A stretch of DNA of 59,376 nt from Bacteroidaceae bacterium (GTDB lineage: Bacteria > Bacteroidota > Bacteroidia > Bacteroidales > Barnesiellaceae_A). The notes under the pieces are model-generated. The model made no database searches. It was given only the letters and a program-made list of their open reading frames with translations, and was not told the origin of the DNA. This document shows, piece after piece, positions 32,289-39,028 of this stretch (positions are counted from its first letter, which is position 1; each line of letters opens with the position of its first letter). The stretch is from NCBI GenBank assembly GCA_017532725.1, contig JAFXIZ010000059.1:1-59376 (forward strand). The letters are read 5' to 3'. The translations under genes were made by a program, and so were the position numbers.

Positions 32289-33035
32289 CTACTTAAAGCC
32301 TTGCGAAGCAATAAAGTCGGCCCATATACGCGAGAAATACTCGTTGTCTTTCTTGGTATAGCGTACATCGGTAAAGACTTGTGCCAACGTCGCTTTTCCA
32401 TTCTCCTCGACAAAGCGCTTATTGGCAGGGAGAGCCTCCTTCTCGGCATAGAGGCGATGAATATCATCGGTGGTATAATCCTTATACTGCTCGTGGTGAA
32501 CGATAGCCTCCAACGGTAATCGCTCGACCTGCTGAGGCACATCGGCAGGGAAACCCACTGTCAGCGTCGTTACAGGCACTACAAGGCGAGGAAGATTCAA
32601 TATTTCGGCTATTTGAGGAGCATTATAAGTGGTAGTACCCAGATAACAACAACCCAACCCACGCAACTCGGCAGCCGTATTGAATTGCTGCGCCACCAAC
32701 AAGGTATCGATCATTGCCGTTGTAAACGAAGCAAAATTGTCATATCCGGGCTGTGCATCACTCGCCTCACACCACTTTACAAAACGGTTGTAATCGGCGC
32801 AGAAAGTCAGCACCACCGGTGCAGAGGTTACAGTAGGCTGATTGAAGTGCGTAGGAGCCAACTTTTGTTTCATCTCGTTGTCGCGAGTAACAACAACACT
32901 ATATAGTTGCATACCACCGGTAGTGGGCGCACGAAATGCCACCTCGAGCAATTCCGACAAGAGTTCATCACCGATGGGTGTATCATTATACTTTCTAATG
33001 GTGCGACGGTTACGCAATAAATCCAATGTATCCAT
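32289..33035 (-). CDS. Nitroreductase family flavin oxidoreductase (NfsA/FRP-like)
   Basis: RRTIRKY, APTTGGMQLYSVV, FCADYNR, GLGCCYLG and RLPLEAIVHHE motifs. Confidence 0.9.
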   Translation of the reverse strand: MDTLDLLRNRRTIRKYNDTPIGDELLSELLEVAFRAPTTGGMQLYSVVVTRDNEMKQKLAPTHFNQPTVTSAPVVLTFCADYNRFVKWCEASDAQPGYDNFASFTTAMIDTLLVAQQFNTAAELRGLGCCYLGTTTYNAPQIAEILNLPRLVVPVTTLTVGFPADVPQQVERLPLEAIVHHEQYKDYTTDDIHRLYAEKEALPANKRFVEENGKATLAQVFTDVRYTKKDNEYFSRIWADFIASQGFK

Positions 33036-33100
33036 ATTGACAAAAGTTGAGTGTATAGAGGTTAACGTTTAAAGAGTCGGGGGGACACCTAAAAACAACA

Positions 33101-33123
33101 AAAGCTGCCTTAACAGCAGCTTT
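33101..33123 (-). terminator. Terminator downstream of tRNA-Tyr
   Basis: AAAGCTGC...GCAGCTTT stem followed by TGTTGTTTTT on the minus strand. Confidence 0.7.
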
Positions 33124-33128
33124 CGTTG

Positions 33129-33211
33129 TGGGCGAAGATGGATTCGAACCACCGAAGGTAAAAACCAGCAGATTTACAGTCTGCCCCATTTGGCCACTCT
33201 GGTATTCGCCC
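33129..33211 (-). tRNA. tRNA-Tyr (GTA)
   Basis: Reverse complement GGGCGAATACCAGAGTGGCCAAATGGGGCAGACTGTAAATCTGCTGGTTTTTACCTTCGGTGGTTCGAATCCATCTTCGCCCA: anticodon GTA, long variable arm, TTCGAAT T-loop, CCA not encoded. TATCTTTG promoter at 33222-33229. Confidence 0.97.
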
Positions 33212-33326
33212 ATTGCGAGTGCAAAGATACAAAGTTTTGTTTGAATTTTGCAAATTTATAGTGATATTTTTAATACCCACCTATAAATTTTCTGCACGCA
33301 GATATTATAACTTGCTATAATACAAA

Positions 33327-33857
33327 TTATTTCGCGAGTGATTTTTCTGCACCGTCGATCGACATTGCCTTCATAGCAGTCATCTTCAAGGCAGTTGCCG
33401 CACATTCGCTACCCTTGTTTCCCACTTTACCACCGGCACGGTCGAGTGCTTGCTCCATCGTGTTGGTAGTAATAACGCCAAAGATGACAGGTATGCGCGA
33501 GTTGTGCATAAGATTCAGTTCGGTAACACCTTGCGTAACGCTATCGCACACATAGTCGAAGTGAGGGGTATCGCCACGCACCACACAACCCAACACGATA
33601 ACAGCATCGGGGCACAATGTTTCCATCACGCAACGCGCACCATAGGTAAGTTCCACCGTACCGGGCACACGCGACACATAGATATTGCAGGGTTGTACAC
33701 CACGCTCGGCAAGGGTATCGATAGCACCTTGCAAGAGAGGCGAAATAACGTTGTCGTTCCACTCGGCAGCCACAATGGCTACTTTCAGTTGCGAGCAATG
33801 CTCGATTGAGGGCATACCCAACATAAATACTTGGGTGTTGTCTGTTACATTTGCCAT
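33327..33857 (-). CDS. ribH: 6,7-dimethyl-8-ribityllumazine synthase
   Basis: [35 protein letters not shown] and [10 protein letters not shown] motifs. Confidence 0.95.
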   Translation of the reverse strand: MANVTDNTQVFMLGMPSIEHCSQLKVAIVAAEWNDNVISPLLQGAIDTLAERGVQPCNIYVSRVPGTVELTYGARCVMETLCPDAVIVLGCVVRGDTPHFDYVCDSVTQGVTELNLMHNSRIPVIFGVITTNTMEQALDRAGGKVGNKGSECAATALKMTAMKAMSIDGAEKSLAK

Positions 33858-33886
33858 ACTAACTTGTAGAGTATAGTGAAAAAATA

Positions 33887-33925
33887 AAGGGCTGTCTGCA
33901 TCTTACAAAAGAGAGAACAGCCCTT
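33887..33925 (-). terminator. Hairpin/terminator between the TPR gene and ribH
   Basis: AAGGGCTGT...ACAGCCCTT stem followed by TATTTTTT on the minus strand. Confidence 0.55.
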
Positions 33926-33946
33926 ATGATTCGGTTTAATCTTTTA

Positions 33947-34606
33947 TTATTTTACACGCTCGATGTAAGCATCCATTTGGCCTGCTTGTTGCGATGTGGG
34001 ATATTGAGCCTTGATTTGCTCATACACCTTCAACGCTGCGGCTTTGTCGCCAAGTTTCTCATAAACGTTGGCAGCCTTCATCAAGTAAAGGGGCGAGAAT
34101 ACATCGTTATCGGCTACCTTGGCTGCTTTTTCGAAGTATTTTACAGCCTCGGCTGCTTTATCCATATTAACAAGCGCATTACCGATAGTAGCAGTAATAG
34201 CAGGTGAGAGCAATGCCTCCTTGGCAGCAAACTTGCTCAAGTACTCTTGTGCATTCTCATACTCGCCTTTTTCGTAGTAAGCCAAACCGGCATAAGCGCA
34301 AGCGAGGTTACCGGCCTTGGTCGAGCCATAGTTATCGATAACGGCAAGCAAGCCTTCAAACTCGGCATTTCCATTCAATGCGAGATCGAGAGAGTCTTGC
34401 TCAAACGCCAATACGGGTTGGAACAAAGCCTCTTGTGCCTTGGTTTCGCGAGGCTCAAGATAGAAGTGCTTTACAGCCAACACGATGGCTACCACTGCAA
34501 TAATTGCTACTAAGACAGTAATAATTGTCTTTTGATTTTTCACTAAGAATTTTTCTGACGACGAAATTACTTCGTTTACCATTTCGTCCTTTTTTTGTTC
34601 TGCCAT
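33947..34606 (-). CDS. Membrane-anchored tetratricopeptide repeat protein (YfgM-like)
   Basis: One N-terminal TM helix; YGSTKAGNLA..YAG and further TPR-like helices. Confidence 0.85.
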   Translation of the reverse strand: MAEQKKDEMVNEVISSSEKFLVKNQKTIITVLVAIIAVVAIVLAVKHFYLEPRETKAQEALFQPVLAFEQDSLDLALNGNAEFEGLLAVIDNYGSTKAGNLACAYAGLAYYEKGEYENAQEYLSKFAAKEALLSPAITATIGNALVNMDKAAEAVKYFEKAAKVADNDVFSPLYLMKAANVYEKLGDKAAALKVYEQIKAQYPTSQQAGQMDAYIERVK

Positions 34607-34778
34607 ATTATTGTATTATTTTTTATTCCTCGTTTAAGAACAGGTCGTTTTTAAATTCGACCGACAAAATTAATTGTTTTCTTTTGATATACGAAATTTC
34701 ACACTCATTTTTTTTAGCAAGATACACCAAAGGGCGACAAATGTGGCAAAAATCCATCAAACAAAGTGATATCGAGGC

Positions 34779-35219
34779 CTATTTTCGCAATCGGGCAAGT
34801 ACATAGATAAGTACAAGATTACCCAACAGCATAGCGACAACAGCCCACCACATCCAAGCAGGCACGACCTCAACCCTCTCGCCGGGCATAGGCACAAGGT
34901 AGGGAACAGAGTCGATGGTATGCACTTCGCGCCATTGCAATCGGATGCTGTCACGACGGGGCAACACCGAGAGCGAATGCGACAACACGCCTTGCGCCAC
35001 CGATGCCACGCTATAGGCACGCTCGGCACACAAGACACTCACCGTATCGGCCGTCTTATTTCGCTGCAATTCGCCCTCCGTAACCACCTCTATTACAGTA
35101 TCGCGCGTTACTATCATCTCGCTGCGATGCGACTGTGTGGGTACATACACAGTGCGTGTACACGACAACAAAACAGGCACAACCACCACAGCAAGCAGCA
35201 ACAACATCACACGCCTCAT
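34779..35219 (-). CDS. Lipoprotein with C-terminal TM helix (unimolecular-spanin-like)
   Basis: Lipobox LLSC at residue 20; beta-rich middle with DT/DS repeats; C-terminal WMWWAVVAMLLGNLVLIYVL-ARLRK. ATGA overlap with the endolysin gene. Confidence 0.65.
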   Translation of the reverse strand: MRRVMLLLLAVVVVPVLLSCTRTVYVPTQSHRSEMIVTRDTVIEVVTEGELQRNKTADTVSVLCAERAYSVASVAQGVLSHSLSVLPRRDSIRLQWREVHTIDSVPYLVPMPGERVEVVPAWMWWAVVAMLLGNLVLIYVLARLRK

Positions 35220-35623
35220 TGTCGCAACACCTCCCTCCTATTCTTGCCATTGCGTTTGTAACTGACGTGTATCCACGCAGGCCCCACATCCGAGCCTTGT
35301 TCCCATATCAATTGGTCGAAAGGGAGTTCGAGCAGCACCTCATAGAGCCTCTTATTCATCGCCGGCGAGCCAACACGCACATCGGCAGCCTCGCCCAGCA
35401 GATGCTGGCTATCGCTTACGCCACCCACAGCCTTGTTCAGTTGCTGCGAACGATAACCACTATTGACGCGTATAGGCATCCCTATGCGCTCTCGTGCAGG
35501 GTCGAGTACATTCATCACCAACGCCTTCAAGTTTTCAGCAGCCTCGGCATCGGGTTTATTGCCGATGTGCAATATTCTTGCCACAGCACTGTTGGTCATC
35601 TCGGCCATTGTAAAGTACTTCAT
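35216..35623 (-). CDS. Peptidase M15-type Zn peptidoglycan hydrolase (endolysin-like)
   Basis: KYFT..E, SGYRS..LN.AVGG, SQHLLGEAAD (SxHxxGxAxD), FDQLIWE and WIHVSY motifs; no signal peptide. Confidence 0.88.
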   Translation of the reverse strand: MKYFTMAEMTNSAVARILHIGNKPDAEAAENLKALVMNVLDPARERIGMPIRVNSGYRSQQLNKAVGGVSDSQHLLGEAADVRVGSPAMNKRLYEVLLELPFDQLIWEQGSDVGPAWIHVSYKRNGKNRREVLRQ

Positions 35624-35856
35624 ACACCATCACCCCCTCTCTCATTGCGTGGCACACCATTATACCTACGATAACTATAATCCACACCAAACAACGCTCC
35701 AGCAAACGTCACCACCTCACCAAAAGCCACCAAAACACTACTGTGAATTTCGCCCTCGGGAGCAACCCAAAAGCCCGAAAAGACCAGCACCAAACCGGCT
35801 ATACACATAATGCAGGCAATCCACAACTGCACCGATAATTTATTCATTTTAGACAT
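35620..35856 (-). CDS. Small two-TM membrane protein, putative holin
   Basis: Two hydrophobic helices around P.GEIHSSVL..FGE..TFAGALFG.DY, a charged C-tail and an ATGA overlap with the endolysin. Start uncertain (35856 or 35847). Confidence 0.6.
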   Translation of the reverse strand: MSKMNKLSVQLWIACIMCIAGLVLVFSGFWVAPEGEIHSSVLVAFGEVVTFAGALFGVDYSYRRYNGVPRNERGGDGV

Positions 35857-36015
35857 ATCTTTTTTTTGCACAAAGATGCAATCGCATCTATAAAAATGAA
35901 TGCGATAAAACGAATAGATACATTTGTTACATCACTACTTTATTTTCCTAACAGATATATCGGCCGATAATACAAATTCATACTTCGACAACAAAGTGTA
36001 CCCTAATAGTTGTTA

Positions 36016-36034
36016 TGTAAACTATAAGGATACA
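36016..36034. promoter_or_regulatory. Operator-like dyad TGTAAAC-N5-GGATACA
   Basis: TGTA-N11-TACA dyad, repeated at 36446-36464. Confidence 0.45.
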
Positions 36035-36210
36035 TATAATAAGACAAAACTAAAACCTATAATGCTAATTTTGTGGTATTAATGGGAATTTTATTAAAAA
36101 AATCCTATTCCTGACCTATTTAACACACGAAGACAAATTATACAGACAATCCAATTGGCAGAAATGCAGATTAAACCTAATTACACAAAAACAAATTAAT
36201 ACGAAAGGAT

Positions 36211-36420
36211 ATGCACATAGGACAACTTATCAAACAACAAGTCGAAAAACAAGGCGTAACCGTATCGTGGTTTGCCCGACAATTACCTTGCAGTCGCACC
36301 AATATCTACAAGATATTCGATCGCGCCACAATAGACACGAGTGTACTTATGCGCATTTCCATCATCTTGAAATACGATTTCTTCAAGCATTATAGCGAAG
36401 ACATCAAGGACAAGATGTAG
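36211..36420 (+). CDS. XRE-family HTH transcriptional regulator
   Basis: HIGQLIK...V.WFA.QL.CSRTNIYKIF...IDT..L.RIS..L.YDFF, a common small Bacteroidales HTH pattern. Confidence 0.85.
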   Translation: MHIGQLIKQQVEKQGVTVSWFARQLPCSRTNIYKIFDRATIDTSVLMRISIILKYDFFKHYSEDIKDKM

Positions 36421-36445
36421 TTTTTGTGCGTCTATAAGCCAATAG

Positions 36446-36464
36446 TGTAAACCAAACGGCTACA
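36446..36464. promoter_or_regulatory. Operator-like dyad TGTAAAC-N5-GGCTACA upstream of the grpE-like promoter
   Basis: Near-identical arms to 36016-36034; -7 element TACTTTTG at 36496-36503. Confidence 0.45.
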
Positions 36465-36539
36465 TCGACACGGGCAAAATTATACTATATAATATTACTT
36501 TTGCAAACTAACACAATATTTAAACTAATAACAAATACT

Positions 36540-37325
36540 ATGGGCCTTTTCACAAACAAAGAGAGCGAACATTCAATTGAGAAAAATCAATTTGAACAAA
36601 CTATAGAGAACATCAAAGCCGAGTGTGAGAAGTTGATACAAGAAAACAAGGCCAAAGATGAAGAAATCCTCAACCTGAAGAAAACCATCGAGGCATTGAA
36701 AGGACAAGCAGTACCACAAGAAAACACACCCGAGCAACCTATTGTAGCCGAGGAGAAACCCGAAACTCCCGTAGTTGGCACAGACTATGCTCCGGCACTT
36801 GAAGCCATCAACGCCTCAATCAAGGAGTTGACAGCCAAGTCGGACGAACTGAAAACAATGATAGGCTATCGCGATATACAAGATGAGAACGTAAAAGCAA
36901 TGCACAAAGAGTTGGAGAAATTCCGTGGCAACTTCTACGCCAAGATTACCCAACCCTACTTGATGGCAATGCTCGACCTGCACAAACGTTTCTTCGAAAC
37001 CTACGCACACTTCGACCACCTCGACAACAGCGAGGCCGATATGAGCCAACTCTACAGCAACTTAATGGAGCAATTCAAGAGTGCCGTAGATGCTTTGGAA
37101 AATCGCATATACAACGACTTCGGTGTAGAATATTACCTACCTCAAGAGGGTGATGATTTCAACCCCAAACAACATCAGGCATTTGAAGTTATCACAACAG
37201 GTATTGAATCATACGATAAGAAAATAGCAAAAGTTATATACGGAGGCTTCCGCGATATAGACACCGAAAGAATACTTCGCCCCGCACGCATTGCTTGCTA
37301 TAAATATCAATTAATTATAGAATAA
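36540..37325 (+). CDS. GrpE-like nucleotide exchange factor with N-terminal coiled coil
   Basis: C-terminal GDDFNPKQHQA...KIAKVIYGGF....RILRPARI resembles the GrpE beta-domain; directly upstream of an Hsp70 gene. Confidence 0.7.
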   Translation: MGLFTNKESEHSIEKNQFEQTIENIKAECEKLIQENKAKDEEILNLKKTIEALKGQAVPQENTPEQPIVAEEKPETPVVGTDYAPALEAINASIKELTAKSDELKTMIGYRDIQDENVKAMHKELEKFRGNFYAKITQPYLMAMLDLHKRFFETYAHFDHLDNSEADMSQLYSNLMEQFKSAVDALENRIYNDFGVEYYLPQEGDDFNPKQHQAFEVITTGIESYDKKIAKVIYGGFRDIDTERILRPARIACYKYQLIIE

Positions 37326-37349
37326 CAAATAATAAAAACATATATAACT

Positions 37350-38948
37350 ATGGCAAATGACAAAAGCAGAGCCGTTTACGGCATCGACTTGGGTACAACA
37401 TACAGTTGTATCTCACAAGTGGACAAATACGACCAAGCAGTCGTACTTCGCAACTTCGAAGGTGATGCAACAACACCTTCGGTAGTATATTTCGAATCAG
37501 AGTCAAATATGATAGTGGGTAAAGAGGCGAAGAATATGCTTCCCGTTGAGCCCGAAAAAACCGTTTCGTTCATCAAACGTCAGATTGGTAACGATGAGGC
37601 TTTCGACAAGAGCAAAAACACAACTCCGTTCCACTGCGACCCCGTTGAAATTTCGGCTCTTATCTTGAAAAAACTTGTACAAGATGCCAACGACTTGGGC
37701 GACAACCCCGAGCCTATCAAAGACGTCGTTATTACTTGCCCCGCATACTTCGGTAACAAAGAGCGCTTGCAAACCAAGCAAGCCGGTATCAGTGCCGGTC
37801 TTAACGTATTGGGTATCATCAACGAGCCTACAGCAGCCGCTATCTCATACGGTATGAAGGTTGATGAGCGTCGCACTATCTTGGTGTATGACCTTGGTGG
37901 TGGTACTTTCGACGTAACAATCATCGTGGTAAACGGTGGTGCTATCAAGGTTGTGGCTACCGGTGGTGACCACCACTTGGGTGGTGTCGATTGGGATACC
38001 GAGTTGGCTAAATATGTACTCAACACATTCAATTCACAAAACGGTACAGCATACGACTTTGACACACTCTCGGCCAACGCTCGTTTCGACCTCTTGCTCA
38101 ACGCCGAAAACTGGAAAAAGAACCTCTCGGCTCGTCAAACTGCCAAAGTTAACTTCTCATACGAAGGCAAGTCGGTTAACTTCGACCTTCCTCGCGAAAC
38201 ATTCAACGCTATCACCGAGGATCGTTTGAACGAAACAATCGATGCAACACGCAAGATTATCGACATCGCCAAGGAAAAAGGTTACGAAACAATCGACGAA
38301 ATCATCCTCGTGGGTGGTAGTAGCCGTATGCCCCAAATCAAGGATCGCGTAGAGGCTGAGTTTGGCTTGCCTACTCGCTTGAACGACCCCGACGAGTGTG
38401 TTGCCAAGGGTGCTGCCATCTATGCAATGAACGAGGCTTACGCACAAGCCGTTAAAGGTTGGGAAGAGGGTACTATAGATGAAGCCCCCGCACCTCTTAC
38501 CGACGGCAAGAAACGTACTCGCATCGTGAACGTAACAAGTAAGACTTACGGCCTCGGATTGGTTGACAATATGGTAGGTAACCTTATCTTTGCCAACTCT
38601 ACACTCCCCGTATCACGCACTCGTTCATTTGAAACCGTACAAGACGGACAGACAGGTGTTACACTACCTATCTACGAGAGCGACTTTACCGATGAGGAGA
38701 AAGACCAAACCGTAGAGGATCGCTTCTGTAACTTGGCAACCGAAGATATCTCGGTATTGAAAATCACCGGAAATCACCCCAAAGGTACCGAAATCAAGGT
38801 TACATTCAGCATCGACAATGAGGGTATCCTCAGTGTAAATGCTACACGCGATACCGACGTGATAGACTTCAAACTCAAGATTGCCGGTGTGAAAGACGAG
38901 GAAGAGTTGAAGAAGTCGCAAGAATTTATTGCGAACGCAACTGTATAA
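37350..38948 (+). CDS. Atypical Hsp70-family protein (532 aa, no helical lid)
   Basis: GIDLGTTYS, TPSVV, VITCPAYF, INEPTAAA, YDLGGGTFD, LGGVDWD, LVGGSSRMP and PDECVAKGAA motifs. The substrate-binding beta domain ends IKVTFSIDNEGILSV and the protein stops ~35 aa later. Confidence 0.92.
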   Translation: MANDKSRAVYGIDLGTTYSCISQVDKYDQAVVLRNFEGDATTPSVVYFESESNMIVGKEAKNMLPVEPEKTVSFIKRQIGNDEAFDKSKNTTPFHCDPVEISALILKKLVQDANDLGDNPEPIKDVVITCPAYFGNKERLQTKQAGISAGLNVLGIINEPTAAAISYGMKVDERRTILVYDLGGGTFDVTIIVVNGGAIKVVATGGDHHLGGVDWDTELAKYVLNTFNSQNGTAYDFDTLSANARFDLLLNAENWKKNLSARQTAKVNFSYEGKSVNFDLPRETFNAITEDRLNETIDATRKIIDIAKEKGYETIDEIILVGGSSRMPQIKDRVEAEFGLPTRLNDPDECVAKGAAIYAMNEAYAQAVKGWEEGTIDEAPAPLTDGKKRTRIVNVTSKTYGLGLVDNMVGNLIFANSTLPVSRTRSFETVQDGQTGVTLPIYESDFTDEEKDQTVEDRFCNLATEDISVLKITGNHPKGTEIKVTFSIDNEGILSVNATRDTDVIDFKLKIAGVKDEEELKKSQEFIANATV

Positions 38949-38985
38949 CACGTCAGTAAAACACCTTTTTTAAAATACTATAACC

Positions 38986-39017
38986 GAGGTTGTGTCACCC
39001 GACACAACCTCATTTTT
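38986..39017 (+). terminator. Intrinsic terminator-like hairpin between hsp70 and the downstream gene
   Basis: GAGGTTGTGTC-ACCC-GACACAACCTC (perfect 11-bp stem) plus ATTTTT. Confidence 0.7.
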
Positions 39018-39028
39018 AGCAAAAGTAG

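Noticed and set aside
37350-38948. Calling the Hsp70 gene dnaK
   Set aside because: Too short, with a divergent linker, no lid and an accessory context; gene symbol withheld.
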